A stretch of 64,000 bases of DNA from Thermoproteota archaeon. Lineage in GTDB: Archaea; Thermoproteota; Thermoprotei_A; EX4484-217-1. Where the stretch lies: NCBI GenBank assembly GCA_029258915.1, contig JAPDJU010000005.1:265797-329796 (forward strand). The letters are read 5' to 3'. The notes beneath the pieces were generated by a model that was given only the letters and a program-made list of their open reading frames with translations, had not been told where the DNA came from and made no database searches. The position numbers and the translations under genes were made by a program. Positions 20,896 through 31,500 of the stretch are shown here, one piece after another. Each line of letters opens with the position of its first letter. The stretch's first letter is position 1.

Positions 20896-21351
20896 TTAAC
20901 ATAGACCAGTGTTTATGAATCTTTTAAGTTTTTTCTTATATTCTTCATCAAGACAGTTATCAATAAATATTGTTAGGAGAGCTATTTTACTGGCTGTCTC
21001 TGGAGATAGATCATGTTCCATCATGCAGGCATCTTTTTCGGCTATTTCTTCAGTTATTTCTAAGATGCCCATAAGCAGATGTTTAAGAACTTTCCAGCGT
21101 TCATATAACTCTTTGGCTATTCTCTCTCCTCTTTTGGTTAAGTCTATGTAACCGTATTTTTCATAATGTACTAACCCCATTTTGGAAAGTTTCTTCATAG
21201 CGTCTGTGACGCTAGGCATAGTTACTTTTAAGTCTGAAGCTATTTCTTTAACACGAATTACCTTTTTCCCTTGCTCAATCTTTAACTTATATATTGTCTT
21301 TAAATACTCTTGCATTGTCCTAGTTAAAGCCAGTTTAACCACCTTATACAT
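20896..21351 (-). CDS. DtxR/MntR-family metal-dependent transcriptional repressor.
   Basis: Winged helix-turn-helix (TMQEYLKTIYKL..VRVKEIASDLKVTMPSVTDAMKKLSKMGLV) and a metal-site region (EHDLSPE). Confidence 0.85.
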   Translation of the reverse strand: MYKVVKLALTRTMQEYLKTIYKLKIEQGKKVIRVKEIASDLKVTMPSVTDAMKKLSKMGLVHYEKYGYIDLTKRGERIAKELYERWKVLKHLLMGILEITEEIAEKDACMMEHDLSPETASKIALLTIFIDNCLDEEYKKKLKRFINTGLC

Positions 21352-21403
21352 AGTTACCTATGTAACTTTTTTAGATAAACCTAACTTTGATAAATTGTTG
21401 AAG

Positions 21404-21712
21404 CTATTTTAGTACAAATACTATAGGTTTCTTTATGTTTTTGAACATTTCCTCTAAGTTTAAAGAATCATACAACACGTTAATATTAGTGATTAGTGAA
21501 GATATCACCACAATATCATCATATTTTATGTTTTCTTTGCTAGTAAAGGGTCTGATAGAGTCTACTCTGAACGTTATCTTCTTAAGAACGTCTATTATTT
21601 TACGTACCTCAAGATCAGGTTTATAATATATTCTCAATGTACAATGGATATTCCTACAAATATCTTTAAGAACGTTAATTAGATTTTCTTCATTAAGGTC
21701 GTTAATTATCAC
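21404..21712 (-). CDS. Hypothetical small protein of 102 aa.
   Basis: ORF only. Confidence 0.3.
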   Translation of the reverse strand: MIINDLNEENLINVLKDICRNIHCTLRIYYKPDLEVRKIIDVLKKITFRVDSIRPFTSKENIKYDDIVVISSLITNINVLYDSLNLEEMFKNIKKPIVFVLK

Positions 21713-21744
21713 AGTTACATTGTACGTTACAGTATTATCATTGT

Positions 21745-22050
21745 TTATGGTTCCAGCACCTTAGGAAATTTTCTTACATATATTTTAGTTTGAGGCGATA
21801 TATTTTTCAACATGGCTATTACTTTCATTAACTGTTCATTATTGTTATTAATTAGCGGATTTACATGAACATAACATTCATTTAAGCGCGGCAGTAGATG
21901 AATGCTACAAATTATTTTATTATTATACATTAATAAGTAGTCATAACCATGTAGCCTTATGTAGAAACCTTGTTCTCTTAAAACTGATGCTAATTTTTCC
22001 CTATTTTCTTTTAGCTCTAGGGGGTTTAGGTATGACTTCAACAGTTTCAC
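21745..22050 (-). CDS. Hypothetical small protein of 101 aa.
   Basis: ORF only. Its 5' end overlaps the 3' end of the Sua5 gene in another frame. Confidence 0.25.
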   Translation of the reverse strand: MKLLKSYLNPLELKENREKLASVLREQGFYIRLHGYDYLLMYNNKIICSIHLLPRLNECYVHVNPLINNNNEQLMKVIAMLKNISPQTKIYVRKFPKVLEP

Positions 22051-22681
22051 CTAATGCTTTTTCTATTTCTTGCGGGCTTATAGGCCCTATTCTAATTATC
22101 TTCACGGTGTCTCGGGTAATGTCAACTATCGTTGAAGGTACTCCACCAGGCGAGGGACCCGCATCGAGTATTAAATCCACTTTCCCGTTAAGTATTCTTA
22201 ATGCTTCTTCAGCTGATTTTGATGCTTTAAACCCTGATTTATTAGCACTTGTACCAATAATTGCACCGCCGCATAACTCTATTAGCTTAAGAGTTACTTC
22301 GTAATTCGGTATTCTTAGTCCTATGCCTTTTCTATCTCCCGTGATAATTGATGGTATGTGTTCTTTTTTTCTAACAACTATTGTTAAGGGACCTGGCCAG
22401 AATCTTTTAGCAAGTTTTAAGGCTCTATCATTAAACTCTCCGAAGCTTCTTCCTATATGTAAATCGCTAATTAGAACGGGTAATGGCTTGCTTAAACTTC
22501 TCTCTTTAACTCTGAATACTCTAAGAACAGCTTCCTCATTTAACGGGTCTGCTCCCAGACCATAAACTGTGTCTGTAGGATAAACTATTACCCCGCCAGA
22601 TTTAACGACATTCGCTGCTTTCTTGATAACTTCTATTTCAGGTCTTTTAGGGTCGACCTTTAATATTATAGGTTTAGACAT
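22001..22681 (-). CDS. L-threonylcarbamoyladenylate synthase (Sua5/YrdC family), required for t6A tRNA modification.
   Basis: YrdC signature (VIVYPTDTVYGLGADP ... GTSAN). The track ORF begins at 22699; the ATG at 22681 (MSKPIILKV) is the likely start. Confidence 0.85.
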   Translation of the reverse strand: MSKPIILKVDPKRPEIEVIKKAANVVKSGGVIVYPTDTVYGLGADPLNEEAVLRVFRVKERSLSKPLPVLISDLHIGRSFGEFNDRALKLAKRFWPGPLTIVVRKKEHIPSIITGDRKGIGLRIPNYEVTLKLIELCGGAIIGTSANKSGFKASKSAEEALRILNGKVDLILDAGPSPGGVPSTIVDITRDTVKIIRIGPISPQEIEKALGETVEVIPKPPRAKRK

Positions 22682-22865
22682 AACGGAACATCTGCACATT
22701 TTTCTTATAATAGAAGTCTATTAGTTTTTCCTAAAGAAGTTTTAAGAAGCCGCGCGCAATACATCATTGCCTCTAGCTCATCCCTTGTAAGCCTCTCCAT
22801 AGCTTTGCTCGGCAGCGCGCGGCATAAATTTATATGTTCCACATAGCTTATATTGTTAATGCTAA

Positions 22866-22913
22866 ATGATGAACGCTTTTCAACCTAGAAGTGAGGAGGG
22901 ATCAACTGGCTGA
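22866..22913 (+). ncRNA. Candidate C/D box sRNA (box C ATGATGA, 12 nt, D'-like CTAG, C'-like TGAGGAG, 11 nt, box D CTGA).
   Basis: Box spacing is canonical. A TATA-like ataaatttatat lies about 30 nt upstream. The candidate sits in the leader of the aminotransferase gene. Confidence 0.35.
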
Positions 22914-22949
22914 ATATTGGTGGTAGGGGTGTTTAACAGAGAGTACATA

Positions 22950-24068
22950 ATGACCCCTGGTCCTACACCTGTACCTGAAAGAATAATTAAAGCTATTACA
23001 TCGAAAGAAGCCTTGCTACCAGCATACGGTAAAATATATGGTGAAGATTTAGAGCTTGTTAAAAAGCTTGTTGATGCTGATGGTAAAGCTATAATTATAG
23101 GCGGCGGGGCTACCGTAGGGTTAGAAGCAACATTAGCATCATTAATAGACTTTAAGGATAAAGTATTAGCTCTTTCGGCAGGATTTTTTGGTGACGCATT
23201 ATATAAGATGGTTAAATATTATAGTAATAACGTGTATGTTTTAAGAGCTGAAGCTGGAAAAACAGTCAGTGTAAGCGAAATTAAGAAGTTTCTTAATGAG
23301 CATCCTGATACAAAATTCGTTACCTTGACACACTGTGAAACCACAACAGGAGCACTATTTAACCTTGAAGAGATATCAGAAGTTGTTAGAGAGATAAGCG
23401 ATGCGAAGATTATTGTTGACTGTGTTTCTACTGTTGGAGCTGTTCCTATAAGCTTAAGAAAAGGACATGCCGATGCTGTGGTTTTCGGTGTTCAAAAGGT
23501 TCTCAATATGCCACCAGGATTAGCAGTTATCGTGTTGGGAAATAATGCTTTAGAGGTACTGGAGACTAGACAATGTGAAAGTTACTATTTGAATTTGAAA
23601 ATGTGGTTAAACTTTTGGGAGGAACGCGGATATTTACCATCGACACCACCAGTTAATCTGCTTCATGGTCTTAAAGAGGCTATAAATATAATATTTGAGG
23701 AAGGTTTAGAAAATGTGTTTAAAAGACATAAGAAAGTGTCTGAAGTAATTAGAGCATATTTAAAGGAATTAGGTTTAAGACTTGTTATAGAAAATGATAA
23801 TATAGCTTCGCCAACAATTACGGCATTTTATCTTCCTAAAGGAGTTTCAGATAAGCTCTTTATTGAGCATTTATGGAGTAAATTTAGAGTGTTTTTAGCT
23901 AAAACCTACGGTGATCTTGAGGGAAAAGCTATAAGAATAGGACATATGGGTTCTTCAGCAACTATGGACTACGTCTACATAACCTTAATAGCTATAACAT
24001 CAACACTAAAGAACCTAAATTTAGTTCCCTCTTTAAGACACATTCCCGTAGAATACTTTACTTTTTAA
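22950..24068 (+). CDS. Class V aminotransferase (alanine-glyoxylate / serine-pyruvate aminotransferase-like).
   Basis: N-terminal MTPGPTPVPERI, then the PLP fold. The track ORF begins at TTG 22917. Confidence 0.85.
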   Translation: MTPGPTPVPERIIKAITSKEALLPAYGKIYGEDLELVKKLVDADGKAIIIGGGATVGLEATLASLIDFKDKVLALSAGFFGDALYKMVKYYSNNVYVLRAEAGKTVSVSEIKKFLNEHPDTKFVTLTHCETTTGALFNLEEISEVVREISDAKIIVDCVSTVGAVPISLRKGHADAVVFGVQKVLNMPPGLAVIVLGNNALEVLETRQCESYYLNLKMWLNFWEERGYLPSTPPVNLLHGLKEAINIIFEEGLENVFKRHKKVSEVIRAYLKELGLRLVIENDNIASPTITAFYLPKGVSDKLFIEHLWSKFRVFLAKTYGDLEGKAIRIGHMGSSATMDYVYITLIAITSTLKNLNLVPSLRHIPVEYFTF

Positions 24069-24696
24069 CATAATCTAACGGATGTTTTATCATTTTCTTT
24101 AAAAAAACCCTCCAACCTTTTAAAGTAAGATCCTCAACTATTTTTTCCCAATTAATTCTAATAAGCAATAAAAATAATATCACAGTTGCTACGAGCGAAA
24201 CTATCGCGGCTAAGATTGATGATTCTCCAACGATAAACCTTATAATACCTCCAAAGAGCAAGGCCATGTAAGTGATAAATATTTTACCTATTACCGCAGC
24301 TGCAAAGAACTTAAATGGACTATAACCCATAGCACCTAACGGTATATATAAAATATCGTCAGGTAAAGGTGAAGCTGCGAAAATTAAAACAGCTATAAAA
24401 GCGCTTTTACTAGCAAGCTTCATGAAAAGCTCCATGCTCTCTTTAGTTTTCTCAGGAAGAACTTTTCTCGCAGCAAACCCTATAAGTAGGACTACAACCT
24501 TACCTAATGCTGCACCTATTCCTCCAAGAATAGCTATACCTATTCGAATTGCAGGACTTCCTATGGCTAAGCCGTATTCTACAATAAATATTAGGTAGGG
24601 AATAGTAGAGTAAGGTATAACGTTACCTAGAAAGGACACTATAAATACTCCTAAAGGTCCGTAAATGTAAATGAGCTCTCCTAGTTCTTCAAACAA
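24058..24696 (-). CDS. DedA/YqaA (SNARE-associated) family membrane protein.
   Basis: FLGNVIPYSTIPYLIF motif and multiple transmembrane segments. Confidence 0.55.
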   Translation of the reverse strand: MFEELGELIYIYGPLGVFIVSFLGNVIPYSTIPYLIFIVEYGLAIGSPAIRIGIAILGGIGAALGKVVVLLIGFAARKVLPEKTKESMELFMKLASKSAFIAVLIFAASPLPDDILYIPLGAMGYSPFKFFAAAVIGKIFITYMALLFGGIIRFIVGESSILAAIVSLVATVILFLLLIRINWEKIVEDLTLKGWRVFLKKMIKHPLDYVKK

Positions 24697-24881
24697 TAAG
24701 CAAACCCCGTTTAAGCATGCTTAAGTATAGTAGTCGTGAACATACTATGTTGAAACTAATACTTATAAACATTCTTTTAATGAATATAAACTTAATACGC
24801 TAGACTACTAATTCTATTTGTGGATGATGAGTTTTTGGGGAGAATGAGAAAAGATGATAGGATGCGGTTACCCGTCTGACT

Positions 24882-25583
24882 TTATGTTATAGGATATTTT
24901 GATAGCAATTTCTCTGCTTCTTCAACATCCTTATGCGTATCTATACTCTTCCAAAGCACATCAGTATAAATTACCGCTTTCAATAATCTCTTTTCTGCAA
25001 GAATAGGGAAAGCTGTTTGTTCTATATCGCCTTTTTCAGGTAAATGTTCAAATATTTTAGGTGTTAAACAATAAACACCGGCGTTTATCCAATATTCTCT
25101 AAGCACAGGTTTCTCTACGAAACTAAGTATTTCCCCCGATCTGGGATCAAACCTTATTATTCCATAAGGGGACTTTAAAGGAACAACTGCAATAGCACCT
25201 ACAACATTACCTGATACTGCATCACTTAATTTTTTAAGGTTTAAACTTGTTATTATATCACCGTTTAATACATAAAAGTACTTTTCATTTTTAAGAACAT
25301 GCTCAGCATTTTTAAGGCCTCCAGCGGTGCCCAGTGGTTCGTCCTCTACAACATAGCCTACTCTAACACCATATCTTTTACCACTACCTATTTCTTCTAT
25401 TATTTTCTCCTTCAAATAACCTACAGCTAAAATCACTTCATTTATACCGCCTTTTCTAAGCCACTCAAACTGCCATGCCAGAATAGGTTTACCTTTAATT
25501 TCGATAAGGGGCTTCGGTTTTTCCTGAGTTAAGGGTCTTAATCTTTTGCCAAAACCACCAGCTAAGATTAGTGCCTTAACCAT
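24882..25583 (-). CDS. Sugar-phosphate nucleotidyltransferase (glucose-1-phosphate thymidylyl- or mannose-1-phosphate guanylyl-transferase class).
   Basis: MVKALILAGGFGKRLRPLTQEKPKPL, then the GT-A fold. The track ORF extends to 25625. Confidence 0.85.
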   Translation of the reverse strand: MVKALILAGGFGKRLRPLTQEKPKPLIEIKGKPILAWQFEWLRKGGINEVILAVGYLKEKIIEEIGSGKRYGVRVGYVVEDEPLGTAGGLKNAEHVLKNEKYFYVLNGDIITSLNLKKLSDAVSGNVVGAIAVVPLKSPYGIIRFDPRSGEILSFVEKPVLREYWINAGVYCLTPKIFEHLPEKGDIEQTAFPILAEKRLLKAVIYTDVLWKSIDTHKDVEEAEKLLSKYPIT

Positions 25584-25751
25584 TACACACACCTCTTTAA
25601 TGATTTCTTCAGTAAGGGACTGCATATACTACTATAATGTTACATACTTAAATAGATATTTTAAATTTCGCTAAGAAATCATTTAAAGCAGTTGCGAGGA
25701 AAGATAAATACTTTTATGTAACTATATGTTTCTAGGCTAAAATGTAGAGAT

Positions 25752-26480
25752 ATGGGTGTAGATTCCGTGGAAAAGCTGAGCCGAGTAATTGAAGTTTCGA
25801 AAAAATATGAGAAGAAACTATCTCATTTGTGGCCTGTGATTATAGGTTTATACTTCATTCTTTCAATAATAGTTTCTATATCAAACTTTCTTAAAATGAC
25901 GGGAATAGGTTACGGTATTTTAGAGGAAGCACTAACACCAGTTACATGGTCTATCTATGGTTTAGGTATTTTAGCCGTATATTTCACATATCTCATAGTT
26001 CATAGAAGAAACTGGCATTTCGCTAAAATGTATTTTATATTTTCTGAACTACTAAATCACCTTAGTTTTAAGCCTTTACCTGAAAATCTCAAGGCAAAAT
26101 GTTTGGTATTAAAAGATCTTCTAAGAGATATTAAAGAGGAAGAAAAGCCTAGAAACATTTTCATATGGATCATTGCCTCAGCTATATCGTTTGGTTTTTT
26201 CGGCATCTTAGCTTCATATATTATACATAGAGATCTACATAAACATTCTATGAGAGAGGAGCGAATAATAGATGTTTTAAGTGAACTATCAGTATTTGAA
26301 GCTAATGCTGAAATACATGTTGTTAAGAAAAGAAGCATAGCTCATCTATTATTAGCTATACTTAGCGCTGGCCTTTATGCTCCAATATGGATTTACATGT
26401 TCATTAATGACTTTAATAAGCATATCGAAGAACATAAAATATTAGATGAACATTTAAAAAGATTTTTAGAAAGAACGTAG
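25752..26480 (+). CDS. Hypothetical membrane protein.
   Basis: Four or five hydrophobic helices. No family assignable. Confidence 0.45.
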   Translation: MGVDSVEKLSRVIEVSKKYEKKLSHLWPVIIGLYFILSIIVSISNFLKMTGIGYGILEEALTPVTWSIYGLGILAVYFTYLIVHRRNWHFAKMYFIFSELLNHLSFKPLPENLKAKCLVLKDLLRDIKEEEKPRNIFIWIIASAISFGFFGILASYIIHRDLHKHSMREERIIDVLSELSVFEANAEIHVVKKRSIAHLLLAILSAGLYAPIWIYMFINDFNKHIEEHKILDEHLKRFLERT

Positions 26481-26484
26481 TGTT

Positions 26485-27618
26485 TTATGGTGTGTGCTTG
26501 GCTTCTTTAGCTTTCTTTTTCATAGCTTTTATCGCTTCAACTTCCTCTGTTAAACCATAAAATGAAGCTATAAACTTTAGAGCGTTTCTCTTCTTTCTCC
26601 TATCAAATTTTACTATTTTTGTCCATCTTTCTTCAGGTAATGGTTTATATTCTATATAGTCCTTTTCTACAGCAGTTTTCCATAGTTTTTCTCCTTTATC
26701 ATTCATTATTAATACAGCATTCCATCCTATTAGCCCAAGAGCGCCGACAGTTATGTCCGAATAGTAAGATAAGAACTCTGGACAGTGTCTGCATGCAGGT
26801 GTTAGGAATTTAGCAGCATCTTTTAATGAGTATTCCACGGTTTTACCGTCCTTTAGGTAGAAGTAGAATTTAGCTTTAATATTCTTTTTAACAACGTCTT
26901 CAGGCTTCACTCCTGCTGACTTCATCATTTCCATCATTTTACTCCATTGCCAATTTTCTGAGCACATAATGCTTACGGTGTATTCTATTTTGTTAACAAA
27001 TTTCCTTAAACCAATTTCTCTAGCTCTTTGGATAGCTCTTATTTGACATGGTAAGCCAACTGTAAGAACTCTACTAAGCTCGGGATGAGTGTAAGCAAGT
27101 GTTTCGAGCAGGTGATTTACCGGGCTATAAACGTATTTACTTCCAGCAGCTTTTATAACGTCTTCCTTGGTTTTGGCAATTATAGGTACAGGTCTCCAAA
27201 ATTCATCTCTAGCAACAAGAAATGCTGCATCTATAAGCTCCTCTTCTAAAGCTGCTATTATCAGTGTTGATGTTATTCCACCATCCTGGGATACCTTACC
27301 TAAAGCCTCTATTTTAGTTCTCGCCAAGTATTTTTCTTTAGGTACTGGCGGTTCAATAAATAACTCTTTCTTCATAGCTACATGAGGACACATCATTGAA
27401 CATAAGCTACAGTATACGCAGGCTTCCTCTGTTATTACTGGATGATCCGGTTCTTCGAAAATGTAGTTAACTGCTTTTGAAGGGCATACTGCAGTACATG
27501 AGCCGCAGTAAGAGCATAAATCAGCATTTATTATTTCAAATACGTTTACTGGAATTACCTGGCTGAAAGGGCCTCGATATGTGTAGAATCTTATCTTAGG
27601 TGTTGTCATGTATAACAC
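26485..27618 (-). CDS. FrhB/FdhB/FpoF-family subunit of an F420-dependent oxidoreductase. It has an N-terminal 2x[4Fe-4S] ferredoxin domain.
   Basis: Two CxxCxxCxxxCP clusters (CSYCGSCTAVCP, CVYCSLCSMMCP) followed by an FrhB-like FAD/F420-binding region. Confidence 0.75.
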   Translation of the reverse strand: MLYMTTPKIRFYTYRGPFSQVIPVNVFEIINADLCSYCGSCTAVCPSKAVNYIFEEPDHPVITEEACVYCSLCSMMCPHVAMKKELFIEPPVPKEKYLARTKIEALGKVSQDGGITSTLIIAALEEELIDAAFLVARDEFWRPVPIIAKTKEDVIKAAGSKYVYSPVNHLLETLAYTHPELSRVLTVGLPCQIRAIQRAREIGLRKFVNKIEYTVSIMCSENWQWSKMMEMMKSAGVKPEDVVKKNIKAKFYFYLKDGKTVEYSLKDAAKFLTPACRHCPEFLSYYSDITVGALGLIGWNAVLIMNDKGEKLWKTAVEKDYIEYKPLPEERWTKIVKFDRRKKRNALKFIASFYGLTEEVEAIKAMKKKAKEAKHTP

Positions 27619-27728
27619 CTAGTAAGGACTATGTTAAATCATTCAGCATATATTGTTTAAAGTATTTTTCTATATTAGAATCTAAAGAATATTTAGATAA
27701 CTATTGAATCTATCCTGTTTTGAAACTT

Positions 27729-28511
27729 TTATGGTTCGAATTTTAAAAGATTATTGTTCGTAATTTCACCTTGTTTATTCTTTGTCCTCTCTTGTATACT
27801 AAGTATCTTCTTAAGTACCTTAGTAGGTGTTTTGAAAACTTCTAATGCAATGGTGTATATGTACTTATCGCTTGGAAGGTTCTTAGCTGCACCTATTCTA
27901 ACAGCCATAGCTCTTTTTAATGCTTCCTTCATTAGTTTGTTTCTAATCTCTCCTTTAGCTATTGCTTCAGCAACACGGAAGGCTATGTAAAATTTCTTAT
28001 AGTTGGTAATTGGCTGTTCGTATTCAGGGTATTCTGATGACACTTTATTCAGGAAAGCTGAAAAAATATTTTCATTTACAAATCCTAAAACAACGCCAGT
28101 AAATGGTACTCTCAATATCTTTATTAATTGTTCCTTAGATATGTCTCCAAGAGCGTGTCTTAAACGCACATTACCTATCCCTTGTTCTTTCATTTTTAAA
28201 AGAATATCGTCGATTTTAGATTCTTGCATTAGAGGTCCATTGAATATTTCAGGAAATTCTTTAAATAAACCTAAGCCATATTTTCCAATAAAGTATAGGC
28301 TTGAAAGCTCTTTTTCAAAAATGTCCGGTGGTCTAACTTTACCTCTTAAAGGCTCTATTCTCCTTTTAAAGTACTCTGCCATAAGTAAATCTATTATCTC
28401 TTCTCTTGTCCAGTCTCTTCTGTTTGACGATGTTATTTCGCTCCAAACTTTAATTAGTGCCTCTATTCTACTTCTGTAGGGGTTATTCTTTGCTATGTTC
28501 TCAACCCCCAA
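27729..28511 (-). CDS. Hypothetical protein of 260 aa.
   Basis: ORF only. Lies immediately downstream of reverse gyrase on the same strand. Confidence 0.45.
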   Translation of the reverse strand: MGVENIAKNNPYRSRIEALIKVWSEITSSNRRDWTREEIIDLLMAEYFKRRIEPLRGKVRPPDIFEKELSSLYFIGKYGLGLFKEFPEIFNGPLMQESKIDDILLKMKEQGIGNVRLRHALGDISKEQLIKILRVPFTGVVLGFVNENIFSAFLNKVSSEYPEYEQPITNYKKFYIAFRVAEAIAKGEIRNKLMKEALKRAMAVRIGAAKNLPSDKYIYTIALEVFKTPTKVLKKILSIQERTKNKQGEITNNNLLKFEP

Positions 28512-28569
28512 TATTTCAGATACTACATATTCATTCGTAGTAAATGCGAGTGTGTTAATTTAGTTGCTC

Positions 28570-31500
28570 TTATTTCTCACAAAGATTTTTAAGGATAAAG
28601 GTTCCCGTAGGGTATGTTACACCAGATTTCTTAGCTCTAACTATGATACTACATGTTTCTCTGTAAAATTCATTTAAAACTTTCGTTATATCTTCTTTAC
28701 CTAGTTCTACTTGATCTATTACTTCTTGCAATTTTCTAGTTCTTTCCTCACTTATTAGTTCACTAAAGTTTTCAATTAGGTATTTAAATACCCGTTTTCC
28801 TCTCTTTGTTGCCACCAGTTTTCCTCTACTTACTTCAACTATGTATCCTCTTTTTCTAAGAATATTTAGTATTTTAGCGTATGTTGATGGTCTACCTATT
28901 TTTCTTGCTTTCATCTCCTCTACGACTTCACCATAGGTATATAGTGGATATTCAGGTATTGTTCTTACATGTATTTCTTCTATCTCATATTCTCCACTAC
29001 CTATTTTTCTTGCTTCTTCCAAAACCAGTGGTTTCGTTAGTTTAAAGAATCCCTGTTCCACTATTTCCGTTGTGAACGTAAATTCCTTTGTAAAATCTTC
29101 GAATCTTAAAGTAAAAGTTTTCTTTATGACCTTAGCTGGCATCATTTGGCTTATTATAAATCTTCTAAATACTATGTCATATAACCTGTAATCTTCAGGT
29201 CTCAAGGGAACAGCTAATCTAAGAATACCTGCTGCTCTCAAAGACCTAATTTGCCTTGAATCAAGAGGTCTTGTTGGTCTTATACATTCATGTGCCCCCG
29301 GTTTTTCCCATTTTCTAGCTTTAAAATATTTTTCTCCGTACACTCTTATAATGTAGTCTTTGGCTAAACCTATACCTAAAGTACTAACGGTTGTACTGTC
29401 TGTTCTATGATATGTTATTAATCCTGCTTCGAAGAGTCTTTGAGCAGAATTCATAATTTTAGGTGCTGATAGGCCTAAAATTCTGGAGCCTTCAGCAAGC
29501 ATCGTATCGGTAGTGTGTGGTGGCGGCGGGTTAACTTCTACTATTTCTTCTCTAACATTTTCTACTATTATTTTCCCATGTTCACGTATTTTTTCAGCTA
29601 AACCTTTTGGAGCTTTAAATGTTAATTTTAGGTTTATGTCTTTAAGCTTAATAGTTATGAGTTCTGCCTTTTTCCTGTTTTTCAACGTTCTATCGACAAT
29701 CCATCCTAGTACTGGTGTTTGCACTCTTCCAGCTGAAAGCCAATGCATGTTAAATTCTTTCCATAATATAGGGCTTAGGCTAAACCCTATCCATCTATCT
29801 TCAATTCTCCTAACAATTTGAGCTTTAACCATGTTATGGTCTATTGATGATAGACTTTTTAGCGCTTCAATTAATCCTCTCCTTGTCACTTCATGGAATC
29901 TTATGCGCCAAATGTTTCTATTGAGCGGTTTTAAAAGTAGTATTACATCCCACGCTATTTTTTCTCCTTCACTATCAGGATCGGTGCCTACAAGGATTTC
30001 ATCTACTTGAGAAGCAAGCTGCCTTAAAGCCTTAATTACAGGTTTGCTCTCAACTAAAACTTTACCTCCACAATATGGGCATGCGGTTTCTTCTTCAGGA
30101 ACATCTCTTCCACATCTTATACATCTTTTAATAGGTTTGTAAATAGGTTGAAAAACACCGTTTGTAACATTTACTCCGAAAAGTCCTTTGTCACTTACAA
30201 GGTCTAAGATGTGGCCTCCTGTAGCTGTTATTATCATTAATCTGTCTTCAGTCATTACCTCAAATGTTTGAAGGGTTCCAATGGTTTTCCTTGTGGGTCT
30301 TCCAAAAAGCCTAGCTATGGTTCTGGCCTTATTAGGTGACTCTACAATAAAGAGTGTTGTCTTCATTAGTTCTCTTTCTTTAGTTTTAAGCTTTCCTTCT
30401 AAGGCTAGTCTAACTTTTCTTCTATCTTCATCTACTTCCTTCATTAGCTTATCTATATTTACTTCATCGTAATGTTTGAATTCCACGGTTTCAAGAAGCC
30501 ATTTAAGATTTCTTATAAGCGCGTTAAACGCTTTTATTTCATCAATAACTAATACGCTTACTCCTTTAGTTATACCGCCAACATATAATCTGCTTGTTCT
30601 ACCGCTTGCTTGTATGTAAGCTGTGGCATCAGGTATTATGAAGAAGTATTCTCCGGCTTTTTCTCCAAACGTTATTGTTCGGCTTCTTCTAAGTCTTTCT
30701 TTAACCTCTTCGTCTTTTAACACCTCGTTAAGGAAGTTAAGCGCGTCTTCGGCAACCTTTCTTACAAATTCAGGAAAACCGGTGAGTGATCTCCCTGTTT
30801 TCAAAGCTTCTCTTACGGCTTCTAATGTATCTCTAGTTGCTAATCTTACCTTTATTAGACCTCCTAAGACTCTATCAAATTCGTAAGGATATTTTTCGTA
30901 AATAGCGTCTCTAATTTCATTAAGCAGAATTAACCATCTACTTGGATGAAATTCTTCAAAGCTTATTCTAAGCCTAAATTTAGGTACTCCTGTAAAAACA
31001 GCATATCTTACCCTTTCAGGTAAATCTATTCCTCTAGTAAGTGGGCTACGGTACGAAGCTATACCTACTAAAACATCAACATCCCCTGCAATAAATTTCT
31101 CGAAAAGTCTTCTTCTTGTCCCAAGATATGCTTCAGCATTAATACCGTTTTTCTTCAATGTATCTGTTATTTTCTTTACATACTCTGCTCCTTTATCCAT
31201 AGGTACGAAAACTAGACCGCCTGTACCTAGTTTCTTAACAACATTAACTATTGTTTTCTCGAAAAGCTCCTTTGGGGGCTTAATATACATGTCGACTATA
31301 TTTCTCCCTACTTCAATTTTGCCTCCAACAGTGAAGCCGAAGAGTGCATTAAGTATCTTTACTCTTTTTGTTCTTCTAGCTGTTTGTGTTGCTCCACTGA
31401 CTATTACTTGACCTTTAACTTTAAGTCTGACACTAGTTTTTAACTTAGCTGCTTCACTTATTAGTTGTCTTGCTCTTTCAGGGTCTTCTCTTGCAAGCTT

